51,089 bases of DNA from Thraustochytrium aureum (lineage: Eukaryota): positions 16,211-67,299 of the forward strand of contig BLSG01000438.1 of NCBI GenBank assembly GCA_012862495.1, written 5' to 3'. Numbering within the stretch: position 1 is the first letter of the stretch; each line of letters opens with the position of its first letter. Shown here one piece after another: positions 33,401 through 45,600 of the stretch. The notes below the pieces were generated by a model. That model had not been told where the DNA came from. It made no database searches and was given only the letters and a program-made list of their open reading frames with translations. The translations under genes and the position numbers were made by a program.

Positions 33401-33784
33401 CTGCGTCAGCTTGCTCTTCCGTCGCCTCGAGGTCGTGCTCGGGTGTCCTTTGATGTGCGCTGGAGACCTCGACGCGCGCCAACGTCCCCATCCACCTCGC
33501 TCGCCGGCAAGCGCCCGCAGCAGAACGTTCGACAAGGACCTGGCGAGGAGCCCGCCGTCCGCAAGGGTCCAGCAGCAGGCCAGCTGTGGCAGCCTCGTGG
33601 AGGCGCCGTTTCAACTTCGGCGTTGACCAAGCGCGCTTGTTGCCAGGGACCTCGTGCGAGGCTCCCGATGCAGTGCAGCGCTCCTTCTTTGCTGCCCGGC
33701 GCCAGCCGAATGAGGTCTGCTGCAGCGATGCTCGAGGCGTCGTGGCGGACGTCGTTGGCCGTGGGCAAAGGCGAACGCGGGCAT
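30483..33784 (-). CDS. Membrane protein with TM helices, MORN-like repeats and (in the gap) a probable DUF900-type alpha/beta hydrolase; paralog copy 1, start approximate
   Basis: Four hydrophobic helices at ~32880-33220. MORN-like TYRGETNAEGLPHGYGHW..GEVLTGWWEHGKPVGP. C-terminus WLDLDAIDTTWMDSNVHSLRHNYFSLNPVLIEDL is nearly identical to copy 2. Confidence 0.65.
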
Positions 33785-34143
33785 CAATAAAAACGCGCAA
33801 TGACCGTGTGCGACAGAAAGACGGTGGGTGCGCATCTGGCCTCCTAGGACCCAAATCTCGCGTGGCCCAGAAGCAAGCAACAGGGTCAAGAGTTGACACA
33901 AACGAGACCGACCGTTGTGTCAGTGGGTCTGAAGTTCAGCCCCGCGGCGACTTCTGCCAGCCTCGTTTCCGAGCAGTGGCCACCACGATGCGTAACAAGC
34001 ATGGGTCACGCGGCAAGGTGTGTTGAAGGCTTTCGGCGTCGCGTGCGTACGTGCAAAGCACAAGGTATACTTGCTCTACGCCACAACATGGAGCTGGGCC
34101 TCTTTCTTGGCAATCTGCTGGCGGCGGCGACCAGTTGACGGAA

Positions 34144-34219
34144 TTGTCGTTTGGTGCTTGATTGCATAGGTTGATTTGGCAGTTTGTCGTTTGGTGCTTG
34201 ATTGCATTGGTTGATTTGG
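34144..34219. repeat. ~40-bp tandem duplication TTGTCGTTTGGTGCTTGATTGCAT(A/T)GGTTGATTTGG
   Basis: Two near-identical copies in the spacer between the paralogs. Confidence 0.8.
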
Positions 34220-34397
34220 GTTGTAATCTTTCCTGTCCGAGGTCACGATGAGGAGCGTAGCAGGCTGGACGCCTCGCGTATTCTGGGGACACCAGCCCAG
34301 CGAACACGCCGCGACTGCAGGGGAATACGCCGCGACCCTGCAGAGACCTCGCCTTGAGGCCGTGCTTATTGTCAGCGAGCCAGTTCGTGCGCCCCCT

Positions 34398-36521
34398 TCA
34401 GTTTTCGTTGACGACGCAGGCCGGCGCCTGGCAGTAGCTGTAAATGTTGCCCTCTCGGTGCAAAAGCGTGGAGCGCTCCGAGGCGCGACGGCCCGTTGCG
34501 ATCAGCTCGAAGAGATCCTCGATAAGCACCGGGTTGAGGTTGAAGTAGTTGTGGCGAAGCGAGTGCACGTTGCTCTCCATCCACGTCGTGTCGATGGCGT
34601 CGAGGTCGAGCCACGGGCGGCGCAGGAGGCGGCGGCGTCTTGGCTTTGCCCGGCGCCTCATGCGCTCGAACAGCGTATGCGGTGCACGCATAAAGAAGAG
34701 CGATGACGAGTTGTGGACGTCCCGCTCACGCTCCTCGGGAGCCGCGTAGAGCGAAATTACGCTCTTGCCCACCGTGAGTTGCTTGGAGAACAGTCGGTCT
34801 TGGCCTTGATAGCCTTGCGAGGCCGGGTCGTCGGGGCTCCGGAAGCAGCACGAGCAATAGGCGGGTAGCAAGAGTCCACATCTCGCGGAGCGCTCACTTG
34901 CGGGCCGTCTGGGCCCCGCGGTGGTACCTGCAAGTGGCTGGGGTACGCGTTGCCCCCAAAGTAGTATTCTAGCGTCTGCATCGCGCCGTTGCCCATNNNN
35001 NNNNNNNNNNNNNNNNNNNNNNNNNNNNNNNNNNNNNNNNNNNNNNNNNNNNNNNNNNNNNNNNNNNNNNNNNNNNNNNNNNNNNNNNNNNNNNNNNNNN
35101 NNNNNNNNNNNNNNNNNNNNNNNNNNNNNNNNNTTCGCTCCAGAACAGCGCCTGATCCTTGCGGTTGCCCACGACAGTGACGTGCTCGCAGACCCGGCGC
35201 ACCGTCGAGAACGCGTGGTCGACGAATGCGGCCAACGGAAAGTCGGGGTTCAAGAACGTCACTGTGCGGCATCGAAGCTGCCCGCCTCGCGCACTGTCCG
35301 AGCCAAGGTCCTCAACGGTGCCAACAGACTCGACGGTCCTGCTTGCGGCGGCAAAATCTGGGGCCAGGGAAAACCGCAGCGAGACCTCGCTGCGGTCCCC
35401 GTTCGCCTTGTCTTGGAACGCGCCGAGGAGGGCCTGCACGCCCATGCTGTGCGTCATGATGTGCACGTCACGAATTCCAGCCTCGTAGAGGCCGTCCAGC
35501 AACAGGCCAAACGCTTCGCTGGTTCGCTCGCTGGCGGCAGCGCGCACGGCCTTCAGGTAGGTCGCGACGCGGCCAGCTGGCCACGAGAAAAGCACCGGCT
35601 TGATGTGCGGAGGAAAGTGCCCCATCGCAAGAAACTGGCCGAAGCGCTCAAGCGAGTGCTTGACGGAGCAGTTGAATCCGGGCACGAAGATGAGCGCCTC
35701 TGCGTGGCCCTGCATCGTGGACCGCCAGCCCCGCACGTGAAGGTGCGGGACCGAGGTCGAGGAGGTCGTCACGGGCTGGAAATGCCCGTTCGAATCATCA
35801 AAGCCGTAGTGAATCGGTCCGCTCTGGCGTGCAGAGTCGAGCAGGATTGGGGCCGGATCTCCGCTCCGGAGCGAGATGGACGAGAGGCTAGACGGAAGGG
35901 GAGCTCCGGCGGCGCTCTCCGCGCCATGTCCCAGAGAACGGGGCATCGCGATCGCCTGCATCCAGCGGCAGCGTTCCCATCCCAAAGGTGCCGCTGTCGT
36001 AGTCGACGCTCTCGAGGTCCGACTCGTCTTGTGACCCAGTCCCGTTGTCGCTTTCGTACAGCGCGGGCGTGGAACCGCCACCGCCGTGCTGAACCTGCAG
36101 CCTTTCGCGTGCGTCTCTTGGTGGAGTTTGGCGCTGTCGCGCCCGCCGGTTTCGCGCTTCGACCTCATCGTCGTCGTCTTCGTCGTCGTCTTGATCGTCG
36201 TCCAAGTCGAGCTCGTCCCGCTCGAGCTCGGCGGAAAGCCTCGTTTCGTCAAACTCGGCGAACTGCATCGACGAGCGCAGTCCTGGCGTTGTGACCCGCC
36301 CTCCTGGGCCGTCGCTCGATGACGAGTCTGTCGTGTTGCCCGACGAGAAGGCAACTCCCAGGTCGCCATCCGGCCTCGCCCGCAGGCTCGGTTTTCTGGA
36401 CCGCTCTGACTGAGACGCGTAGCGGGCTTGACGGCCTCTCTCGGCGCTTTGCCCGCGTGCACTCGCGGCACCAGCTCCGCGCGGATCAGCGAGAACATTG
36501 CCTTCGTCCACGTGCTCGTCC
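34398..36521 (-). CDS. DUF900-type alpha/beta hydrolase, paralog copy 2 (5' part in gap, frameshifted)
   Basis: ALIFVPGFNCS, PVLFSWP, nucleophile elbow VHIMTHSMG, FLNPD, DQAL..SE and HSLRHNYF. Confidence 0.78.
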
Positions 36522-37657
36522 NNNNNNNNNNNNNNNNNNNNNNNNNNNNNNNNNNNNNNNNNNNNNNNNNNNNNNNNNNNNNNNNNNNNNNNNNNNNNNN
36601 NNNNNNNNNNNNNNNNNNNNNNNNNNNNNNNNNNNNNNNNNNNNNNNNNNNNNNNNNNNNNNNNNNNNNNNNNNNNNNNNNNNNNNNNNNNNNNNNNNNN
36701 NNNNNNNNNNNNNNNNNNNNNNNNNNNNNNNNNNNNNNNNNNNNNNNNNNNNNNNNNNNNNNNNNNNNNNNNNNNNNNNNNNNNNNNNNNNNNNNNNNNN
36801 NNNNNNNNNNNNNNNNNNNNNNNNNNNNNNNNNNNNNNNNNNNNNNNNNNNNNNNNNNNNNNNNNNNNNNNNNNNNNNNNNNNNNNNNNNNNNNNNNNNN
36901 NNNNNNNNNNNNNNNNNNNNNNNNNNNNNNNNNNNNNNNNNNNNNNNNNNNNNNNNNNNNNNNNNNNNNNNNNNNNNNNNNNNNNNNNNNNNNNNNNNNN
37001 NNNNNNNNNNNNNNNNNNNNNNNNNNNNNNNNNNNNNNNNNNNNNNNNNNNNNNNNNNNNNNNNNNNNNNNNNNNNNNNNNNNNNNNNNNNNNNNNNNNN
37101 NNNNNNNNNNNNNNNNNNNNNNNNNNNNNNNNNNNNNNNNNNNNNNNNNNNNNNNNNNNNNNNNNNNNNNNNNNNNNNNNNNNNNNNNNNNNNNNNNNNN
37201 NNNNNNNNNNNNNNNNNNNNNNNNNNNNNNNNNNNNNNNNNNNNNNNNNNNNNNNNNNNNNNNNNNNNNNNNNNNNNNNNNNNNNNNNNNNNNNNNNNNN
37301 NNNCGAGCTCGGCGAGCGCGCGGGGCCGGCGCGCTGGCGTGGCGCGGGGGCGGCGCAACGTGCCTTTGGGGCTGCGGACTGGGGTGCCGACCTGGGCGCT
37401 TTGCGGCCCAGGCCCTCCTCGTGGCGGAGCAACACCGACACGCATGGGTCAGGCTGGAGCTCGCGCGCGATGGAGACGGACGTTTGATCGTGATCGTGAA
37501 AGAGAAAGTGAGAACGTGGCATGGTGAGATTGAGGTCGAGAGTATGGAAAAGCAATGACGGTGCGCACGCAGCGCTCACGAGCGCCTGCAGGTGCGAACC
37601 TGTCGGCAAGGTTGGCCGGCACCAACGATTGGCAAGGAACTGAACTGAGCATCGTGC

Positions 37658-38977
37658 TCATTGCAGCACAACCTGATGCTGCTGCAGTCCGCCCATCTGG
37701 CCCGGCTGGAACTGTTGCTGTTGCTGCTGCTGCAGAAGCTGCTGTTGCTGCTGGAACTGCTGCTGTTGCTGCTGTTGCTGCTGAAACTGCTGCTGCTGCT
37801 GGAACTGCTGCATCGCAAAGAGCCCAGCCTGGTCCACGTTCGCGCCGCCATCGACACCCGCCGGAACAAACGGAAGCGGCTCGACGTCGTCCATCATAAT
37901 CGCGTCGTCGGCTTGCGCCCTCTGGCCGGCAGCCCCAGCTCCAAGCCCCCCAATAACGACCGTCGCAGCAGAAGCGCCGACACCCATGGGCGAGGTCGCG
38001 ACAGGAGGTGGCGAAAGATCGTCGTCCGCACCGAGCGCGGTGGAGGACACAAAGTTGCGAAGCGACCGCATCGAGTACTGAGCCAGGTTGCGCTGCGGGA
38101 GCTGGCTGAACTTTGTAATCCATGGATGCTGCAGGATCCCGTCCGTGTCGAGGCGGGACTCTGGGGGACACAAGAGCTTGGAAATCAGATCCTTGACCTC
38201 CGCAGACATGTTTTCCCACACCTTGTCCTCAAAGTCCCACCGGTACGAACAGACGGCGTGGCGCAAGTGGCCATCGTCGAGCTTGCCGAACGGGTCGAAG
38301 GGGTGGTATGCGGCGAGCACAACAAAGAGGATCACACCAAGGCTCCAGGTGTCGACCTTTGGTCCGTACGCGCTGGAGATGCCGACCTCGGGAGCCGCGT
38401 AGGCGCTCGTCCCGCAGACGGTGAACATGACGTTTTGGTCTTTGCCGAGCACCTTGCTCAGGCCAAAGTCAGAGATTTTGATTTCGCTGTCCGGGTCGGC
38501 GGTGGCGAGGACGAGGTTTTCCGGTTTTAGGTCCCGGTGCACGATGCCGTGCTGGTGCATGAAGAGCAGAGCCTCGGTGATGCGGCGAAAGTGCTTGGAA
38601 GCATCGCGCTCGCTGTACGCCCCCGAGTTGACGACCCGGGAGAAGAGCTCGCCGCCCTCCAGGAGCTCCATGATAAGCACGACATGGTTTTGGTCGATGA
38701 AGACATCGTAGAGCTTGACGATGTTGGGGTGCCCGTTGACTTTGAGGAGCGCGGCGATCTCTTGGCGCAAGGTCTTGACGTCCTGGTTCTTGCGCGAGAT
38801 GTTCTTGACGGCAACGCGGGCCCCGTTGCGGATGTCGATGCCCCTGTATACTTCGGCAAAGTTTCCGCGGCCGAGAAACCCCTCGCGCGACCAGTCCACC
38901 TTGTAAAAGTAGTCTAGTTCTTCGAGCCTCTTGATGTTGGGTTCCTCGCCGCCGGGCTCGCCGCCCTGCTCCCCCAT
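37658..38977 (-). CDS. CaMK-group Ser/Thr protein kinase with a polyQ tail
   Basis: Intact motifs LGRGNFAEV, VAVK, GGELF, HRDLKPEN, DFGLS, CGTSAYAAPE and DTWSLGVI. Confidence 0.95.
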   Translation of the reverse strand: MGEQGGEPGGEEPNIKRLEELDYFYKVDWSREGFLGRGNFAEVYRGIDIRNGARVAVKNISRKNQDVKTLRQEIAALLKVNGHPNIVKLYDVFIDQNHVVLIMELLEGGELFSRVVNSGAYSERDASKHFRRITEALLFMHQHGIVHRDLKPENLVLATADPDSEIKISDFGLSKVLGKDQNVMFTVCGTSAYAAPEVGISSAYGPKVDTWSLGVILFVVLAAYHPFDPFGKLDDGHLRHAVCSYRWDFEDKVWENMSAEVKDLISKLLCPPESRLDTDGILQHPWITKFSQLPQRNLAQYSMRSLRNFVSSTALGADDDLSPPPVATSPMGVGASAATVVIGGLGAGAAGQRAQADDAIMMDDVEPLPFVPAGVDGGANVDQAGLFAMQQFQQQQQFQQQQQQQQQFQQQQQLLQQQQQQQFQPGQMGGLQQHQVVLQ

Positions 38978-40157
38978 GNNNNNNNNNNNNNNNNNNNNNN
39001 NNNNNNNNNNNNNNNNNNNNNNNNNNNNNNNNNNNNNNNNNNNNNNNNNNNNNNNNNNNNNNNNNNNNNNNNNNNNNNNNNNNNNNNNNNNNNNNNNNNN
39101 NNNNNNNNNNNNNNNNNNNNNNNNNNNNNNNNNNNNNNNNNNNNNNNNNNNNNNNNNNNNNNNNNNNNNNNNNNNNNNNNNNNNNNNNNNNNNNNNNNNN
39201 NNNNNNNNNNNNNNNNNNNNNNNNNNNNNNNNNNNNNNNNNNNNNNNNNNNNNNNNNNNNNNNNNNNNNNNNNNNNNNNNNNNNNNNNNNNNNNNNNNNN
39301 NNNNNNNNNNNNNNNNNNNNNNNNNNNNNNNNNNNNNNNNNNNNNNNNNNNNNNNNNNNNNNNNNNNNNNNNNNNNNNNNNNNNNNNNNNNNNNNNNNNN
39401 NNNNNNNNNNNNNNNNNNNNNNNNNNNNNNNNNNNNNNNNNNNNNNNNNNNNNNNNNNNNNNNNNNNNNNNNNNNNNNNNNNNNNNNNNNNNNNNNNNNN
39501 NNNNNNNNNNNNNNNNNNNNNNNNNNNNNNNNNNNNNNNNNNNNNNNNNNNNNNNNNNNNNNNNNNNNNNNNNNNNNNNNNNNNNNNNNNNNNNNNNNNN
39601 NNNNNNNNNNNNNNNNNNNNNNNNNNNNNNNNNNNNNNNNNNNNNNNNNNNNNNNNNNNNNNNNNNNNNNNNNNNNNNNNNNNNNNNNNNNNNNNNNNNN
39701 NNNNNNNNNNNNNNNNNNNNNNNNNNNNNNNNNNNNNNNNNNNNNNNNNNNNNNNNNNNNNNNNNNNNNNNNNNNNNNNNNNNNNNNNNNNNNNNNNNNN
39801 NNNNNNNNNNNNNNNNNNNNNNNNNNNNNNNNNNNNNNNNNNNNNNNNNNNNNNNNNNNNNNNNNNNNNNNNNNNNNNNNNNNNNNNNNNNNNNNNNNNN
39901 NNNNNNNNNNNNNNNNNNNNNNNNNNNNNNNNTGGATTCGTGGGACGCACGGCTTGGCGGCACCCGCGAAGCAAGCTCGCCTCGCTTCACGGTGGACGTT
40001 TTTGGGGCTCGCCGTTCTGCAAGGTTGGCACGAGGCGCAAGGCTTGCTTGCCGCTCCAGGCTCGCTCGCTCACGTCGCTGTGCCACTTGGCCACCTGGCC
40101 TGCAAATCCGGGCCGACGTGGCTTGATCGACCTCGAGGCTCTAGCGTGCCCGCGGGG

Positions 40158-42459
40158 ATGGGGGGGGCGATGGCGGTGGCCTTTCGAGCTTTGGTCGTGG
40201 CGGAAGTGCACGGTGACGAGGTTTGTGCCATCCTCGTCAAACGGTTTGCAACGGTGGAAAGACGAGCGAGAGGCACCGCCAGGATGCCCTGCGATGCGCG
40301 GGAGATGGAACGGGCGCTGGGGCGGGCAAAGAGGCGAGGAGCCCCAAGCCAAAAAAGTGGGCCTGTCCTGGAGGTCTCCCTGGACGACGGCGAGACGATC
40401 TGGCCTGTGGCCGTCGTGCGCGGCCAGCGCCCGCCCGGCCATTGTGACACCCTCGTCGCCGTGTTCCCCCTGGTGGACGGAGCGCAAGCACTTGCGACAA
40501 GCGAAGCGGATCTCTTTGCTCTGCCATGCGTCACTGGGTCGCTGCAGTTCGCAGAAGCTTTGGCGGAATGCCTCGAGGAGTCGCACGGCAGTCTCAACCT
40601 CGCGACACGCTTCATCCGAAGTGCCTGCCCGTTTGGCTCGCCTTTGGAACTGAGCCCTACCGTACTTGCGATCGCCGCTGAGCGCGCGAATCGGCGGGCG
40701 TTTGTCGAGAGCGCGGGCGTGCGCCACCCCTCGTGGGTGCCGTCGCCCGCGCGCGACGGTGGGCTCGCGTCCGAGTCTGAAATGCTGCACACCGCATTCC
40801 GGCGCGGGACGGTGGCGACCGAGGTAGCCAGCAAAGTGGCCTCGCTGGAATTCGCGCCGCTCTGCTCCGGCCCGGGCGGGTTGGACCCGGCCGATGTGCG
40901 GGATCTAGCGAGCCTCGCAGCGCCCTCTGGCTCGCTGGCGCCGTCTCGAACCCCGCTTTCGTTCAACCTGGTCGAGACGGTGTCCGCGGCGATCCTGGAC
41001 CTGAACGGGACGCTGGCTGGAGAACACGGCTGGACCATCGACGGAGCCATCGAGTGCGTGTCACGGCTCGAAGGCGTGCGCTCTGTTTCGGTTCGGCTCG
41101 CGGGTCTGGGTGACATTTTCGATGGTCAGCTTGACGTGGCCGAAGAGGACCAGCTCCGAGTAAACTTTTCCTACCACGATTGCGTGCAAGCCGCCGCCGG
41201 CGCGACGCCGAGCGGAGGCATGCTGGAGTTCTCCCCCCCGCTTGGCCGCTTTGACCTGTGCCACTACAGAATTGCTTGCCCGCCAAAGGTGCTGCTGCGC
41301 TACCCGAAAGCGGCGCTCGAGTCGCCGGTCTCGCCTCAGACCCGCGACCGGAGCTCCAGCGCGCTCGGGTCCCTCGCGAGCGCCTCGAGCGGCGTCTCCG
41401 GCGCGCTCAGCATGGAAGACAGGGGCAGGATCGAAGTGCGGGCAATGCGCCGGCAAGCAGAGCCAAGCGCGCACAGCCAACAAGCTCTGCCACGATCCCG
41501 ATTCTCGGACGCCTTGTTGCGCGAAGCCTCGAAAGTGGGCGCGCAATCGAGATCGCGCTCGACCTCGAGGCGCCAGGCCTTGCAATGGACGGGGATCAGG
41601 TTGTCGTTCGCGTCTCTCTCACAAGCGGCGAAAGGCTGATGAAGGCGCATTNNNNNNNNNNNNNNNNNNNNNNNNNNNNNNNNNNNNNNNNNNNNNNNNN
41701 NNNNNNNNNNNNNNNNNNNNNNNNNNNNNNNNNNNNNNNNNNNNNNNNNNNNNNNNNNNNNNNNNNNNNNNNNNNNNNNNNNNNNNNNNNNNNNNNNNNN
41801 NNNNNNNNNNNNNNNNNNNNNNNNNNNNNNNNNNNNNNNNNNNNNNNNNNNNNNNNNNNNNNNNNNNNNNNNNNNNNNNNNNNNNNNNNNNNNNNNNNNN
41901 NNNNNNNNNNNNNNNNNNNNNNNNNNNNNNNNNNNNNNNNNNNNNNNNNNNNNNNNNNNNNNNNNNNNNNNNNNNNNNNNNNNNNNNNNNNNNNNNNNNN
42001 NNNNNNNNNNNNNNNNNNNNNNNNNNNNNNNNNNNNNNNNNNNNNNNNNNNNNNNNNNNNNNNNNNNNNNNNNNNNNNNNNNNNNNNNNCCACGATAGGC
42101 TCGCTCGTCCTCGACGACGGCCAAGCCGCGCTCATTGGAGGTTTCCTCTCGAGCTCCTTGCAAAAACCGGCCACGCCTCCCTTGGCGGCAAGGTCCTCGT
42201 GTGCGACCACGATTGCGGCTGCCCGAGCGCCATGGAGGAGCTCGCGCAGTTGCCTCACGGCGCAGGCGGGGCGTGGCGAAGCCCTCTTGTCGAGGCCCAC
42301 GTCGCCGTGCGAGCGCGCTCCTGGACTGCAAGCGGCCTCGCCCTTGACCTTGCCGGCCTCCAGGTTGTGCCCCCGATCGACAAGCCGGCGGCCGGAAGCA
42401 GCGCGACGTTCCGCTCGCAGACGCAGGGCGGGCGCCTCGTCGTCCTCCCGAACGAATAG
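40158..42459 (+). CDS. AP5M1: AP-5 complex subunit mu (AP5M1/MUDENG-like); gap and frameshift in the 3' half
   Basis: KRFATVERRAR, WPVAVV, LPCVTG, PFGSPLE, PSWVP, ETVSAA..GAIEC..LEG and HDCVQ..FSPPLGRFDLCHY. Confidence 0.8.
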
Positions 42460-42610
42460 CACGCTGGCCGGCCCGCGACCGGGACGTGCAAGCGTTGGGT
42501 CCCAATGAATGCACATACATATTTTTGATGGTGTAGGATAGCACATACCCCGAATGGGTATGCCGAGCGCGCGCGCGCAACAGCGCCGCGGCCCCGCCGG
42601 AGGTTCCTTG

Positions 42611-45600
42611 CTACACAAGAGGCGTGCGGACGGACTTGCGCCGCGCCGCGCTCTTGCTGCGTTTCCGCGACGAGCTCCGCTTGCTCTTCCCAGACTTGCT
42701 ATCCTTGCGCGACCGGCTCTTGCTGCGCTGCGAGCTCTTGCGGGCGTGCTTGTCCTTGGCCCTCCGCTTGTCCTTTGCCTTCTTGTCCTTTTTCTTCGCT
42801 TTGTCGCTCTTGCGCTTGGCCTCCTTCTTCCTCGCTTTGCGTTCTTTGTCAAGCCGCGAGTTGCGCTGCGCGTTGACCGAGCCCCAATAGGAGCCGCCAA
42901 ACGTGCCCGTTGCAGAGAGCGCAGCAGAGCTTGCCCTGCTCGTGCCCAAGGCGCCTCCCCCAGACGCATAAGACCCTTTGCTAGAGGCAGAACTGCTGCT
43001 CGACGAACTTGCGCCAGAGTCACTGCTCGAGTCCCGGCCCCATTTGCTGCCGCCAAAGTCGTCCACAAGGCGCAGTCGCGAGCCCGAGCGGCCCAGCGAC
43101 CGCTTCGACTTGTGTGAGCGAGAGCGCGATCTCCCACGACGCCCTTCGATGCGACGACCGGACCGGCCCCGGCGCTCGCTGGCTTCGTCCAGCGAGCTGT
43201 CCGAGCTCGACGAGCGCCTCGAACCTCGGCCCTTGCGGGACGACTCGGAGCGCTTGCGGCCTCGCCGGCGACGTCGCTCACGGAACCCACCTCCAGAGCT
43301 GCCACTCGAGGAGCTGCTCGACTCCTCGCTGTCGTGGTGGACAATCACCTTGGCGGAGGCAGAGCGGACGGCGCCGCACTTGCCGCAATTGTTCAGGGTT
43401 CCCAAGGACCGATTCGCGTGCCTGCAACAGCGGCACTCCCATGCAACAGCTTTGCAGTCACGATCCATAGGCGATGGCGATCGCCTGCCACCATGATCCG
43501 GCGACAGAAACCGCCCAGAGAGGGCGCGGGACCGAGAGAGCGGCGACCCCAAACTGCCTCGCGGGGACCCGAACCCGCCATACCCACTTGCGCCTGGGCT
43601 CGCTGGTGACAATGCCATGGGCAAACCGCTCACAGAGCGCCCAGGGGCGCCAGCTGCGGACCATGTGCTTGCCAAGCGGCCTCGCGTCCCCTCGCCATGA
43701 ACGGAGGACACTGAGCGGTAAATCTCGTCAAAGTCGCTGCGCTCAGCTGGCGTGGCATACTTTTCGAGCCACTCGCCCACAGTGCTCGGGTGCCAGAGGT
43801 CGACGGTGTCCGGCTCGACGGGGGCGCCGCGTTCCGCCCTTGCAATCGTGGCCATGGAACTCGTCAGGAGGCCATGCGACGGAGTCGCAGACGCGAGCGA
43901 CACGTTGAGATCGTTGCCGCCTGGCGCCTCCCCTCGCATGACGCGATCGAGATCGTAGCTCGCGAACCGCGCCCCGTCAGGATTTGACAGCGGAGCCTGG
44001 CCGTGCACAAAGTCGACAAAGTCGTGGTATTTGATTGCGCCAGACGAAAACTTGTCAAACTTGTCCATGAGATAGCGCATCTCCTCCGAGTTGAGGCCCG
44101 AGGACTCGCCCAGCGAGTCCAAGACCTGGCGAAACTCGCGCCTGGAGACCTCTCCCGAACCGCCCCTGTCGACGCGAGAAAACTCCGAGAGCAGCGAGGG
44201 CGACGCGCTGTGCTGCCGTTGCCGGCTGACCCCTTGGAGCCGCTTGCGCAGCCGTTCCACAGACGCCTCTAGCTCGTCTTTAGACATACTGATCAGGCGG
44301 ACAAACTCAACGTAGTCTAGCTTGCCGTCCCCGTCGAGGTCGAGCCGCTGCACGAGGACCTGGATTTCCTCGTCAGAAATCCGGTCGCCACGCGTAAGAC
44401 ACGGGTCGGCATTGATTTGCGTCTCGATAAACTCGCGAAACTCTGCGCGAGAGACTTTGCCGTCGCCGTCCTTGTCGGCCCGCTCAAAGGCAAGCGCGAG
44501 ATCCGGCGTCCCAGGCGCCTTTCCGTGCTTGCTCAGCTGGCGGACCACGAGCTTGAGCTTGTGCAGCACCTGGCGGGCAGACCCGTGCTGCGGTGCGCCC
44601 TGGCTATCCGTGGCGGCCAGTCCCAGGCCCAGCGGCTGCGCCCCGAGCTCCACAGTCGGCGCCACGGCGGCAACGAGCTTTTCGTAGTTGATGAACCCGC
44701 CTTGCTCTGCGCCGGGGGTGTCCTGTGCAAGCTGCAAGAGCTCTTTCGGCTCAAACGCGCCGTCCATGGCGCGCAGCACGCTGCATAGGTCTTTCTCGGA
44801 CACCAGCCCGCTCAAGTTGGGGTCAAAGGCCACGAAGAGAGCCCGAATCGCGGTCTTTCGCGAGTTCGCCCTGGCCAAAACCCGCTTCAAACGCTCCCGG
44901 GTCGCCCCCACGCTGACTGCACGGCTGTGGTGCGTGTTCGCCATCGCGTCGGCTCGCACAATTTTGCAAACAGGNNNNNNNNNNNNNNNNNNNNNNNNNN
45001 NNNNNNNNNNNNNNNNNNNNNNNNNNNNNNNNNNNNNNNNNNNNNNNNNNNNNNNNNNNNNNNNNNNNNNNNNNNNNNNNNNNNNNNNNNNNNNNNNNNN
45101 NNNNNNNNNNNNNNNNNNNNNNNNNNNNNNNNNNNNNNNNNNNNNNNNNNNNNNNNNNNNNNNNNNNNNNNNNNNNNNNNNNNNNNNNNNNNNNNNNNNN
45201 NNNNNNNNNNNNNNNNNNNNNNNNCGTTTCCAGGCCGTCCTGGAGCTTTTTGGCCGTGATGAAGCCCTTGTGGCGGACGTCGCGGCGCTCAAGCTCGCTG
45301 CGGAGAGTGGCGCTGCTCCCGTTGGCGCGCACAGCTCTAGCGACGGCCTGCCGGATCTCCTGCAGCTGCATGTCGTGCCATCGGCGGCGCTCGTTTGCGC
45401 TTGGGCTGGCTGCTCCTGCGCTGTCGAGGCTTGCATGGCTCGCAGGGGACGCCGGGGAACCCTGCGCGCTCTCAAAGTCCATCCCTGCCACATAGTCGTC
45501 TACCGTGACGAGCCGGGCGGGTTTGACAGCGCCGACGAGTTCTGGGGCGTCCTGGGCGGTCGATCCGGCGTCGTCCGTCTCGAGAGACAGCGCGAGCTTT

